DNA of 64,000 nt from Candidatus Bathyarchaeia archaeon (GCA_035283685.1 DATETJ010000011.1:31994-95993); one strand, 5' to 3'. Counted from the first letter of the stretch, positions 9,688-19,180 are shown. The notes: generated by a model from the letters alone, not told the origin. Numbers and translations: made by a program.

Positions 9688-10307
9688 GTTGGAGCCTTGC
9701 CTCGGGTCTTCATGCCAGAATAACGTCTAAACAACTTATGCTCAATGCTAAAGCAGTCCAGAACTCTGCCGACAACAAAGTCAACCATATCACTGATATC
9801 TTTGGGATCGTGGTAGAAGGCAGGCATGGCGGGAACGACGAAAACTCCCAACTTCGCAGCTGTTAACATGTTGCGCAGGTGAACCACGTTCAAAGGAGTT
9901 TCGCGTGGCACAACGACTAATCGTCTTTTTTCCTTCAATGTCACGTCCGCAGCCCTTAGAATGAGGTTGTCGGCGAATCCGTGTGTGATACCCGCTAGGG
10001 TTTTCATTGAGCATGGAATTATGACCATGCCGTCAGTTTTGAATGAGCCACTCATCAACGGTGCGGTCAAGTCATCTACGTCGTATGCGCGGTTTGCTAG
10101 CTTCTCAATGTCTTTTCTGCCCACTTCAAGTTCGTGTTCGATTACTTTTTCAGCTGCTTTGCTCACGATCAGATGTGTTTCCACTTTCTTCTCTTTCAGC
10201 ACCTCGAGCAGACGTTTGCCGTAGACAACGCCGCTGGCACCAGAAATAGCAACAACTAGGCGCAAACTCTCTGTGGCACGCACCTTAAACGGCTGTCTGC
10301 AGACCAA
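9684..10307 (-). CDS. ubiX: Flavin prenyltransferase UbiX
   Basis: Motifs LVVAISGASGVVYG, IIPCSMKTLAGITHGFADNLILRAADVTLKE and VVVPRETPL. The start is uncertain because the ORF overlaps the ftr stop. Confidence 0.85.
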   Translation of the reverse strand: MVCRQPFKVRATESLRLVVAISGASGVVYGKRLLEVLKEKKVETHLIVSKAAEKVIEHELEVGRKDIEKLANRAYDVDDLTAPLMSGSFKTDGMVIIPCSMKTLAGITHGFADNLILRAADVTLKEKRRLVVVPRETPLNVVHLRNMLTAAKLGVFVVPAMPAFYHDPKDISDMVDFVVGRVLDCFSIEHKLFRRYSGMKTRGKAPT

Positions 10308-11226
10308 GAGCTTCTTTCAAATCCGCCCTGCACTGACCAAGTTTTCCTCCGTAGTTGCCCGCGGAGATTCTTAAGACGCCTGGAACCTTAACTGCCGCCT
10401 GAATGCCTACAGCCATTGCTCGCTTAATCGAGTCCAAGCTCAAGCCGTCGATTACAATCTCGTACACGCTGTTGATGTTGTCAGGCACCTGGGAGTCCGG
10501 CACGAGCTTTTTCAGTTTGGGGCAGAACTGGTGAAAAGTTGAGGCTTTTAGCTTGTATTTCAGTGAGCCAGCTTTTGAGCCTGAGCGGCAAACGCCGCCG
10601 GGGAAAGGCAGGATTACTTTCTCGTTCAATTGGCTTATGGCCTTCACAGCTTCTTCAGCCGCGTGTAGACCTGCTTTTTGGCTTTCAGTCATGACTAGGA
10701 AGTTTCCGCCTCCGATAGCATTGATGGCTCCAAAACGGTCTTCGACGATGAACTCGCCTTCCATTACTGGAATGCGCCACACTAGGCGCTCAAACATGGT
10801 GTCTCTCTTTTGAAAGCCGTCGCCGAAATATCGGAGGCTACGACCTACTTTCATTCTTCTCTTAGACTCTGGCAACGCGTCAAACGCAGCGGTTGTTGGA
10901 CACGTCATGACGCATTGACCGATTCGCAGGATCATCTGGGATTTCAGGTCGAGTCTGTTGCGGTGGTAGATTTGTATGATGACTCCGGTTCTTCCGTCTG
11001 GCGTTTTGTCTGGAGTCGCTGTGCTCTCGATTCCTGCTTCCGCAGGCGACATGATGATCGAGGTTCCGAAGCCTGTGGCAGTTCGAGCTGCGGTTAAAGC
11101 CCATTTTTCGTTTTCAGCCGTGATTAAGACTCGCCCAGCCCACATGGGAAACATTTCGGCAAAAGTATCCACAACCTCGACGAATGTATCGGGTCCTGTT
11201 GGATATTTGATGGTTTGTGGCTGCAT
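10285..11226 (-). CDS. ftr: Formylmethanofuran--tetrahydromethanopterin N-formyltransferase
   Basis: N-terminus DTFAEMFPMWAGRVLITAENEKWALTAARTATGFGTSII and overall length of about 300 aa match Ftr. Confidence 0.85.
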   Translation of the reverse strand: MQPQTIKYPTGPDTFVEVVDTFAEMFPMWAGRVLITAENEKWALTAARTATGFGTSIIMSPAEAGIESTATPDKTPDGRTGVIIQIYHRNRLDLKSQMILRIGQCVMTCPTTAAFDALPESKRRMKVGRSLRYFGDGFQKRDTMFERLVWRIPVMEGEFIVEDRFGAINAIGGGNFLVMTESQKAGLHAAEEAVKAISQLNEKVILPFPGGVCRSGSKAGSLKYKLKASTFHQFCPKLKKLVPDSQVPDNINSVYEIVIDGLSLDSIKRAMAVGIQAAVKVPGVLRISAGNYGGKLGQCRADLKEALGLQTAV

Positions 11227-11427
11227 TTTCCTATATCCTTACTTTAGGTTGTTTCTCGTGGTCCTGGTCAGGGTCCTGAGAGCGTGCCTTCAATAAGGTT
11301 TCAGTGTCTTTAAGAGTTTCGCTGCTAGGAAAAACCTGCTCTGCGCATCTGTTGAAATAGAAGGACTTCATATGATAGATTGCGTGGTGCTCAGTGCGTC
11401 GACATCAATACAGGAGGCTTGTTGAAC

Positions 11428-12588
11428 ATGATCAAAGCAGTCATTTTTGACATGGACGGAGTAATTGTCGACAGCGAGCCCATGCACATCGAAGCTGAAA
11501 AGCGAATTCTGCTAAAGCATGGAGCCAGAGTGTCAACGGATGAATTGAGGACATATACTGGAACCACAGCTGAATTCGAGTTCACAGATTTGATACAAAA
11601 GTACAGGTTGAACACGACGGTAGATAGGCTATTTCGGGAAAAGGAGGCTATCCTCTTCAAGCTGCTGGAGAAAAAAACCAAGCCTACGAAGGGAGTGATT
11701 AGACTAATCAAGAGCCTGAAGAAGTGCGGTCTTAGACTCGCAATTGCATCCAGCGGACACAGAAAGCTGGTACAGTATTTTCTGAGGAAACTGAAAATTG
11801 CCAGACTCTTCGACTCTGTAGTCTGTGCAGAGGATATTAGTCGAAGTAAGCCTGACCCGGAGATATTCCTGAAAGCAGCAAGGAGCCTTGGCTTGGGTCC
11901 CGCTGAGTGCATAGTCATCGAGGACTCCAAACTGGGAGTGGAGGCAGCAAAAAGTGCTGGAATGAAATGCATAGCTTACAGGAACCCGAATAGTGGCAAC
12001 CAAGACTTGTCAAAAGCCGACATGGTAATCGATGACTTCTCCAAGCCTGACGTTCAAACGGTTGTTTACCCGTATCCTAAAGAGTATGAAGCCTATTGGA
12101 AACTTCGTGATGGACGCACGGTTTTGCTGCGACCAATAAAACCCGAAGACGAGCCTTTGTGGTTAGACATGTTTAAGGAGTTCTCGGAAGAAGCCATCCG
12201 CTACAGGTTCTTTGAACTCATAAAAGACACGCCACATGAAGTTCGGGCTCGATACTGCAAAATTGACTATAGCCGAGAGATGGCTATTGTAGCTGAGCTA
12301 ACAGAAGACGGACGCAGGAAAATCTTGGGCGTCGTCAGACTCAGCATAGAATCAGACAGAAAAACCGGGGAAATCGCTTTCATAGTTGCTGACACGTATC
12401 AAGGTTTAGGATTAGGCACAAAATTCGTTGAATATATGGTCAAGATTGGTCGTGGTCTCGGGCTGGAAAGCATTTACGGCATAATGTTGCCGGACAATGT
12501 CAAGGCTATCAGACTCGCGAAGAAAATGGGTTTCGTAAGCACGCATCTAAAGGACGGCACATTCAAAGTGACACTTGACCTGAAGTGA
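11428..12588 (+). CDS. Fusion protein: HAD-superfamily phosphatase (beta-phosphoglucomutase-like) plus Pat-type GNAT acetyltransferase domain
   Basis: HAD motif I (VIFDMDGVIVDSEP) and motif III/IV (EDSKLGVEAAKSAGM). The C-terminal half carries LLRPIKPEDEPLWLDMF..IRYRFF..IDYSREMAIVA..QGLGLGTKFVEYM. I prefer the ATG at 11428, preceded by AGGAGG at 11412-11417, over the GTG at 11380. Confidence 0.75.
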   Translation: MIKAVIFDMDGVIVDSEPMHIEAEKRILLKHGARVSTDELRTYTGTTAEFEFTDLIQKYRLNTTVDRLFREKEAILFKLLEKKTKPTKGVIRLIKSLKKCGLRLAIASSGHRKLVQYFLRKLKIARLFDSVVCAEDISRSKPDPEIFLKAARSLGLGPAECIVIEDSKLGVEAAKSAGMKCIAYRNPNSGNQDLSKADMVIDDFSKPDVQTVVYPYPKEYEAYWKLRDGRTVLLRPIKPEDEPLWLDMFKEFSEEAIRYRFFELIKDTPHEVRARYCKIDYSREMAIVAELTEDGRRKILGVVRLSIESDRKTGEIAFIVADTYQGLGLGTKFVEYMVKIGRGLGLESIYGIMLPDNVKAIRLAKKMGFVSTHLKDGTFKVTLDLK

Positions 12589-12646
12589 AAACCCTTCTCT
12601 TTAAGACGAAAGCAACGAGGTTAGCAGAAAGCGAGGCAGGGAGCGG

Positions 12647-13618
12647 CTAAAAGGGGAGAAGGTTTCGTCCAGTTTCGCTTGGGTTTTGCTTCTCCTTGCT
12701 TTTCTGGAGTTTCTCCAGCACTATTGATTTAGCGATTTCGTACGCGGTTTTGTAGTCGAATATTCCTTTAGGCGATTCCACAGCTCGTCTAAACAACTGC
12801 GCTTCAATCTTGTTCTTAAACGTGCCAATTGCCAGTGCCCCAATGCCCCAAACACTTGGCTTTATTTCGACATTTTCATCGGTGGGTTTGAGCCCTTCTA
12901 CACCCAGTGGTGGAATCGCGTTGATGTCGGCTACGACTTTGCACTTTGTTCCAAATTCTTCGAGTGCCACCCTTGGGAGTAATGCAATTCCAGCTGCGCC
13001 AGCTGACAGTACCACGTGTGAGTCTTTTATCGCTTCGCCGATTTCGTGCGGAGAGGCTGCTTGTACTCCGCGTGCTTTGTCAGTGCCTATTTCCTCGTTG
13101 ATTTTGTTTGCAATGGCAGTTGACCTAGTCAGGTCTCTTGAGGTGACGACAACGTTTGCACCTTCAACGGCATAGAGTCTTGAGGCAACTTGGCCAACTG
13201 GGCCTGTTCCTGCTAGCACTGTGGTGGTCTTATCGCTGAAGTCTCCTAGATTCTTCTCCATGAGTGTCGACAGCGTCTTGGCTACGGCTGCCGAGGCTGT
13301 GGTGTAGGCTCCTCTTGGATCAACTATCACTGCCAACTCAAAAGGGGGAAACATGCTTTTCTTTGCGATTTCGAGAATCTGGATGGCTTTTTCAACGTCG
13401 TATCCGCCTATGAATAGCTTGGTCTGTTTTGCTCCGTCTGGTCCACGGGGAAACATTGCATCTTGGATGATGCGTTTTGAGTCCTCAGGCGCGACATTAC
13501 TATAAGCGAGGATTTGAGCTTCTGGAAATAAGTCGACTGCAGTTAGAATGTCAAATGGGCTAGCGTGCTTGTCTGTGTCAAGGAACATTATGACAGTTTT
13601 CTTGACTGGTTTTGACAT
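12647..13618 (-). CDS. NAD(P)-dependent methylenetetrahydromethanopterin dehydrogenase, MtdA/MtdB family
   Basis: From memory it aligns along its length with methylotroph MtdA: FLDTDKHASPFD, VLAGTGPVG, LSAGAAGIALLP, VVADINAIPPLGVEGL. Confidence 0.75.
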   Translation of the reverse strand: MSKPVKKTVIMFLDTDKHASPFDILTAVDLFPEAQILAYSNVAPEDSKRIIQDAMFPRGPDGAKQTKLFIGGYDVEKAIQILEIAKKSMFPPFELAVIVDPRGAYTTASAAVAKTLSTLMEKNLGDFSDKTTTVLAGTGPVGQVASRLYAVEGANVVVTSRDLTRSTAIANKINEEIGTDKARGVQAASPHEIGEAIKDSHVVLSAGAAGIALLPRVALEEFGTKCKVVADINAIPPLGVEGLKPTDENVEIKPSVWGIGALAIGTFKNKIEAQLFRRAVESPKGIFDYKTAYEIAKSIVLEKLQKSKEKQNPSETGRNLLPF

Positions 13619-13778
13619 TTTCTCTCACCTTTGTAACACAATTGGTATAACCCTTACATCGTCAATTTGCTTATAAAATCTGCCGCGCCCTTGTGGTAAG
13701 CTTAATAGGTTGCAATCTGGTTAGTAGATTTTTCAACACCCACGCCAAAGCTTCAATATTGATGTTTGGAGAATCACA

Positions 13779-14180
13779 ATGCCCAGTTTGAAAGTGACGC
13801 TTCTTACGGGTCGAACATTGCGCCAAGGACAGGGAAAGGAATACGGCAAACTTTCTGAACGATACAGGAAAAGCGTGGCGACCTGTGAAATCGACCCAGA
13901 AGACCTGAAGAAACTAAGCATTAAAGACGGGACAACAGTGAAAGTCACGACAAGCTACGGTTCAGTTGCGGTGCGAGCCATAAAATCATTGCGTGGACCG
14001 CATCCCGGCAGTGTCTTTGTTCCGTACGGACCGTGGGCAAGCGTTATAGTTGGTTCAAAGACCCATGGTACAGGTATGCCTTCTTTCAAGGGCATTGAAG
14101 CAGTTGTCGAACCTGCTGACGACGATTCAAGAGTGCTGACTCTACAGGAATTGCTTCTGACTCATTACGGCAAGAAGTGA
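13779..14180 (+). CDS. fwdD: Formylmethanofuran dehydrogenase subunit D
   Basis: 133 aa with VTLLTGRTLRQGQG and a molybdopterin-dinucleotide-binding beta-barrel pattern. The stop overlaps the fwdB start (GTGA). Confidence 0.8.
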   Translation: MPSLKVTLLTGRTLRQGQGKEYGKLSERYRKSVATCEIDPEDLKKLSIKDGTTVKVTTSYGSVAVRAIKSLRGPHPGSVFVPYGPWASVIVGSKTHGTGMPSFKGIEAVVEPADDDSRVLTLQELLLTHYGKK

Positions 14181-15661
14181 AGGTCTCAATGACAGTTATC
14201 TCGAACGTCACGTGTCCGGTGTGCGGCTCGCTCTGCGACGATCTGGAAATCGAAGTTGAGAACAACGTTGTAACCAAAGTGAAGAACGCTTGCGGCATGG
14301 GCGAATCCAAGTTCCTAGGCTACTCAGGCCATCGACCCTTGAAACCACTCATACGCAGAAATGGCGAACTTGTAGAAGTCTCAATGAAGGAAGCGATCCA
14401 AAAAAGTGCTGAAATTCTGGCACAAGCGTTCTATCCGATTCTATACGGCTGGTCCAACACAAGTTGTGAAGCCACGCGAGTTGGAGTGGAACTGGCTGAA
14501 GAACTTGGCGGCGTGATTGACAATACCTCAACGGTTTGCCATGGCCCATCAGTTTTGAGTATTCAAGACGTAGGGTTTTCAACTTCCACATTGGGCCAGG
14601 TTCGGCATCGGGCAGACTTGGTTCTTTATTGGGGCAGTAATCCGTGGAGTGCGCATCCGAGGCATATTGAGAGATACACCAACTTCACTGAAGGCAGATT
14701 TCGTCACAGTGAATGGCACAAATATCTCTCAGGCCTTAGCGCATATCGATCAAAGAAAAGAGTAGAAAGAGCATGCAGATTAGCGGAAGAAATTCATGAA
14801 GCAGCCGCTGAAACAAGCGTTGCCAAAGAGAGACCGCGGCAACTGCCTTCATCCTTGCTTGAAAAGGAAAGAAAAATGATCGTTGTCGACGTGCGCAGAA
14901 CGCGATCTGCCGACATAGCCGATTGTTTCCTGCAAGTTGAGCCAAACACGGACTATGAAGTGTTTCAAGCCTTGCGCGCCCTGCTGAAAGAAGAGGAGTT
15001 GCAGGTCGATCAAGTTGGCGGCGTGCCAGTTGAGGTCTTAGAAGACCTAGTCGACGTGCTCGTCAGCTGTGAGTTTGGTGTGCTGTTTTTCGGCGTCGGC
15101 TTAACCATGAGTGAGGGCAAACTGCGCAATATTGAAGCAGGCATATCTTTGGTTCGGGATTTGAACCAGTACACTAAGTTCATTATCATGCCTATGCGCG
15201 GACATTACAATGTCACTGGAGCCAACATAGTTTCAACTTGGCAGACTGGCTATCCGTTCGCGGTGGACATGTCGCGTGGTTATCCACGGTACAATCCTGG
15301 TGAAACGTCGGTTGTCGATATTTTGAGTCGCGGTGAATCAGACGCTGCTGTGATTGTGGCTTCCGATCCCGTGGCGCATTTTCCTAAGGAAGCGGTGAAA
15401 AACCTCGTAGAGAAACCGCTTATTGTGATAGACCCAGAAATGAACGCGACCTCTTTGCTCGCGGACATCTTGTTTCCATGCGCCATTGCGGGCATAGAGG
15501 CAGAAGGCACTGCTTACAGGATGGACAGAGTACCGTTACCGTTGAAGAAAGTCGTGAAGCCGCCTAGAGCTTTCCTCTCAGATGGGGAGATATTAACCAA
15601 GATTCTTCGTGAAGTGCGTCGAATCAAGAAGAGCAAGGAAGAGGTCGTAGCGAATGGCTGA
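14177..15661 (+). CDS. fwdB: Formylmethanofuran dehydrogenase subunit B (molybdo/tungstopterin subunit, Cys type)
   Basis: N-terminal Cys cluster VTCPVCGSLCDD, NTSTVCHGPS, and GSNPWSAHPRH..VVDVRRT. There is no in-frame TGA. Confidence 0.85.
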   Translation: MKVSMTVISNVTCPVCGSLCDDLEIEVENNVVTKVKNACGMGESKFLGYSGHRPLKPLIRRNGELVEVSMKEAIQKSAEILAQAFYPILYGWSNTSCEATRVGVELAEELGGVIDNTSTVCHGPSVLSIQDVGFSTSTLGQVRHRADLVLYWGSNPWSAHPRHIERYTNFTEGRFRHSEWHKYLSGLSAYRSKKRVERACRLAEEIHEAAAETSVAKERPRQLPSSLLEKERKMIVVDVRRTRSADIADCFLQVEPNTDYEVFQALRALLKEEELQVDQVGGVPVEVLEDLVDVLVSCEFGVLFFGVGLTMSEGKLRNIEAGISLVRDLNQYTKFIIMPMRGHYNVTGANIVSTWQTGYPFAVDMSRGYPRYNPGETSVVDILSRGESDAAVIVASDPVAHFPKEAVKNLVEKPLIVIDPEMNATSLLADILFPCAIAGIEAEGTAYRMDRVPLPLKKVVKPPRAFLSDGEILTKILREVRRIKKSKEEVVANG

Positions 15662-17351
15662 ACTGCTAATCAAGAATGGGTTCGTTTACGACCCCATCAA
15701 TGGGATCAACAGAGAAAAGATGGACGTCTCAGTCAAAGACGGCAAAGTAGTTGACAAACTGAGTGGTAAAAGAAAGAAAATAGTTGATGCTACTGGCATG
15801 ATTGTGATGCCTGGTGGCGTGGACATCCACTCTCATATAGCTGGACCCAAGGTTAACGCAGGACGCTTGCTTAGACCAGAGGATCATTATAAGGATGTGG
15901 AACCCAAAACTGAGAAGACCCGCGCAGGTGTTGGTCGCTCCGTTCCTTCAACGTTTACTACAGGTTATCGATATGCTCGAATGGGCTACACCACAGTCAT
16001 GGAACCCGCGATGCCACCGCTAATGGCTCGTCACGTGCATGAAGAATTGAACGATACACCCATGATAGACAAAGCTGCCTTTCCGCTTTTGAATGACTGC
16101 TGGTTTGTTTTGGAACCTCTTCAGAAAGGCATGATAGAAGACGCTGCTGCCTATGTGGCTTGGACTATGGAAGCCACAAGAGGTTACGCAATAAAACTGG
16201 TCAACCCAGGCGGACTTGAAGCATGGGGTTTCGGGAGGAATGTAAGAAACATAGACGACACCGTACCGCATTTTGGCATCACGCCCAAGGAGATCATACA
16301 AGGGCTCTGCAAGGTCAACAAGCTACTTCACTTACCCCATACGATTCACGTGCATACAAACAACTTGGGGAAACCAGGCAACTACGAAACTTGCCTAGAA
16401 ACTATGAAGTGTGTTGAAAACCTAGCCAACAACGATAAACCAGTGATGCACGTGACTCACTGCCAGTTCAGTTCATTCAAGGGAAGCGACTGGCGCACCT
16501 TCGAATCAGGAGCCGATGAAATCGCAAAATACGTGAACAACCATAGCCACGTCACCACAGACATAGGGCAAGTTGTTTTCACGGACACGACAACCATGAC
16601 CGCGGATGGACCGTTCCAATACATTCTCTATCAGCTTAGCCACAACAAATGGATAAACAACGATGTTGAAACAGAGACAAGCGCTGGCATAGTACCGTTC
16701 ACCTACAAACGTAGCAGTTTTGTTCATGCCACACAGTGGTCAATTGGTCTGGAACTGGCACTGTTGATCAAAGACCCGTGGAAAATCTATATGACAACAG
16801 ATCATCCAAACGCTGCGCCTTTCATCTTCTACCCCAAAATTATAACTTGGCTCATGAGCAGAACCGCAAGAGAGAAGTTGCTGAATAAAGTCAGCAAGCG
16901 GGCTAGACACAAGAGCCTTTTGCCAACCATAGACAGAGAGTACACCTTTTACGAGTTGGCAATCGCTACAAGAGCTGGGCAGGCAAAGTCCCTAGGGCTG
17001 AGCAACAAAGGTCATTTAGGCGTAGGAGCAGACGCCGACATAGCTGTTTACAACGTCAACCCAGAGCAAGTAGACCCATCTAAACAATACAAGCTGGTTC
17101 GTAAAGCTTTCAAGAAAGCTGCATACACGATCAAAGACGGCCAGATTGTAGTTAGAGACGGCGAGATCGTCAAACCTGTTGACGGCAGAACCTTCTGGGT
17201 CAAGCCGGAGTTGTCTAATCCAAAAATGGAGATGTCACCAAGGCTTAAGGAAGCCTTTGAGGACTACTACACAGTGCAATATGAAAACTACATTGTGCCG
17301 GAACATCATCTCACCAATTCACATCCAATCCACATTAGGACGGAGGTCTAA
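15654..17351 (+). CDS. fwdA: Formylmethanofuran dehydrogenase subunit A (amidohydrolase fold)
   Basis: MPGGVDIHSHIAGPKVN and a length of about 565 aa. It overlaps the fwdB stop by 8 nt. Confidence 0.9.
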   Translation: MAELLIKNGFVYDPINGINREKMDVSVKDGKVVDKLSGKRKKIVDATGMIVMPGGVDIHSHIAGPKVNAGRLLRPEDHYKDVEPKTEKTRAGVGRSVPSTFTTGYRYARMGYTTVMEPAMPPLMARHVHEELNDTPMIDKAAFPLLNDCWFVLEPLQKGMIEDAAAYVAWTMEATRGYAIKLVNPGGLEAWGFGRNVRNIDDTVPHFGITPKEIIQGLCKVNKLLHLPHTIHVHTNNLGKPGNYETCLETMKCVENLANNDKPVMHVTHCQFSSFKGSDWRTFESGADEIAKYVNNHSHVTTDIGQVVFTDTTTMTADGPFQYILYQLSHNKWINNDVETETSAGIVPFTYKRSSFVHATQWSIGLELALLIKDPWKIYMTTDHPNAAPFIFYPKIITWLMSRTAREKLLNKVSKRARHKSLLPTIDREYTFYELAIATRAGQAKSLGLSNKGHLGVGADADIAVYNVNPEQVDPSKQYKLVRKAFKKAAYTIKDGQIVVRDGEIVKPVDGRTFWVKPELSNPKMEMSPRLKEAFEDYYTVQYENYIVPEHHLTNSHPIHIRTEV

Positions 17352-17354
17352 ACC

Positions 17355-18182
17355 ATAATCGCCGTAGTCAGCTTACGCCCAAAATACGTGTTCAAAGCTC
17401 CCGTCGAAGCTGACTATTTATCGCCCGACTCTTTTGCTGGTAAGACCTTGGGTGAAATATCTAAGTTGCCTATGTGGGAAGGAAACAAACAACGCACAAT
17501 AGGTGAACTGTTCGAGATCGAAGGCGAGCCAACAGCAAAACCTGAAGAACAGAGCATCCATCTCCACGGCGATGTAAGTAGAGTCAGGCGAATTGGCTCA
17601 GGCATGTCAGCGGGAGAAATCATGGTCTTCGGAGACGCAGGCTTGCACACAGGCGAAGAGATGAAGGGCGGCAAGATCACAGTTGGCGGCAACGCTGATT
17701 CATGGCTAGGCGCCATGATGAAAGATGGAACAATAGAAGTCAAGGGAAATGCAGGCGACTACGTCGGCGCAGCCTACAGAGGCAGCGTCAAAGGCATGCG
17801 CGGCGGCACCATCATAATCCATGGAAACGCAGGAAACGAACTTGGCTGCTTCATGAGAAAGGGATTGATCAAAATCTATGGCAGCACGGCTCAGTTTGCT
17901 GGCGTACATATGAGAAACGGTACAATATTCATCACGGGCAGCTCAAGCGGCAGAGTAGGCGCGGAAATGACCGGCGGAAAGGTGATTGTCAACGGCAGAC
18001 TGAACGAGGTTCTGCCGACCTTCTTGATTGACAGTCTCAAGCCAAAGGTCAAGGTGGACGGAGAAGAAATCACTGGTCCGTTCTACATGTTCATTGGCGA
18101 CACGGTTGAGGAAGGTGAAGGCAAGCTGTACGTCTCAAAGGCAGCAAACCCGCACCTGAAGTTTTATGAGCAGTTTCTATAG
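17355..18182 (+). CDS. fwdC: Formylmethanofuran dehydrogenase subunit C (start codon unresolved; first canonical start is GTG 17388)
   Basis: Repeated G-x-x-G-x-x-G beta-helix motifs (GDAGLHTGEEMKGGKITVGGNADSWLGAMMKDGTIEVKGNAGDYVG...). N-terminal family similarity (VVSLRPK...PVEADYLSPDSFAGKT) extends upstream of GTG 17388 to ATA 17355 / ATC 17358. Confidence 0.85.
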   Translation: MIAVVSLRPKYVFKAPVEADYLSPDSFAGKTLGEISKLPMWEGNKQRTIGELFEIEGEPTAKPEEQSIHLHGDVSRVRRIGSGMSAGEIMVFGDAGLHTGEEMKGGKITVGGNADSWLGAMMKDGTIEVKGNAGDYVGAAYRGSVKGMRGGTIIIHGNAGNELGCFMRKGLIKIYGSTAQFAGVHMRNGTIFITGSSSGRVGAEMTGGKVIVNGRLNEVLPTFLIDSLKPKVKVDGEEITGPFYMFIGDTVEEGEGKLYVSKAANPHLKFYEQFL

Positions 18183-18193
18183 ACTTCTGTTCC

Positions 18194-19180
18194 GTGGGTC
18201 AACTGGTGTCAACAACAAAGCTCAGCGTGAACAGAAAAGCACTGATGCTTGTAAACAAGCTACGCGCTAATGCAGACGAATACGGCGTCACTGTTAAAGT
18301 GCACAGAAGAGGTGCGACGCTCATCGACGCCGGAATCGAGGCGAGAGGCGGATTTCAGGCTGGAAAGATCATAACCGAAATCTGCCTTGGAGGACTAGGA
18401 AAAGCCAAGATATGCGTAATGCAGTATGACGATCTGATTTTGCCCTCTGTTTTCGTTCACACAAATCATCCAGCCATATCGACTCTGGGCTCTCAGTTTG
18501 CCGATTGGCGGATTAAGCAAGACGAGTTCTCAGCTATCGGTTCTGGACCAGCCCGAGCATTAGCGAGAAAAAACCGACAATTATACGAAGAAATCGCTTA
18601 TCGCGATAAGCATGACTCAACTGCTATGGTGCTTGAAACAAGCACCGAGCCTCCGGTAACTGTGATAGAGGAAATTGCCAAGAGCTGCAAGGTTTCAGCG
18701 AGCAATCTATCTTTGATCCTTGTGCCAACCACGAGTATAGCTGGCTCAACTCAGGTTTCTGGGCGTGTCGTGGAGACTGGTCTGCACAAACTTATGAAGA
18801 TAGGCGTAGACCCTAAGAAAGTGCTGAATGCTTATGGCTTGGCGCCCATTGCGCCCGTACATCCCAAGTTCATTGTAGCTATGGGTCGAACCAACGACGC
18901 CATTCTCTACGCTGGATTTGCTCACTACGACATATCGGGCTATACCGATAAAGAGCTTGAAGGCATTGTTAAGCAAGCACCATCTTCAGCTTCCCAAGGT
19001 TACGGACAGCCTTTCCAGCAAGTTTTCAAGAACGCCAACTACGACTTCTATAAAATCGATCCACATTTGTTTGCGCCAGCGGTTGTCTCGGTATGCAATG
19101 TTGACACAGGAAGCGTACTCAAAGCTGGCAGGACTAACTCTGAGGTTCTCAAACGATCCATGGGTTTGAAAATTCTGTAG
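18194..19180 (+). CDS. mch: Methenyltetrahydromethanopterin cyclohydrolase
   Basis: LSVNRKALMLVNKL, IGSGPARALA and a length of about 320 aa. Confidence 0.85.
   Translation: MGQLVSTTKLSVNRKALMLVNKLRANADEYGVTVKVHRRGATLIDAGIEARGGFQAGKIITEICLGGLGKAKICVMQYDDLILPSVFVHTNHPAISTLGSQFADWRIKQDEFSAIGSGPARALARKNRQLYEEIAYRDKHDSTAMVLETSTEPPVTVIEEIAKSCKVSASNLSLILVPTTSIAGSTQVSGRVVETGLHKLMKIGVDPKKVLNAYGLAPIAPVHPKFIVAMGRTNDAILYAGFAHYDISGYTDKELEGIVKQAPSSASQGYGQPFQQVFKNANYDFYKIDPHLFAPAVVSVCNVDTGSVLKAGRTNSEVLKRSMGLKIL

Noticed and set aside
17349-17354. FwdA-FwdC fusion by TAA read-through
   Set aside because: It is possible because the two frames coincide. However, a GGAGG-type motif sits just upstream and subunits A and C are separate in characterised enzymes. 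Independent initiation at a non-canonical codon seems more likely. I kept read-through only as an alternative in the finding.
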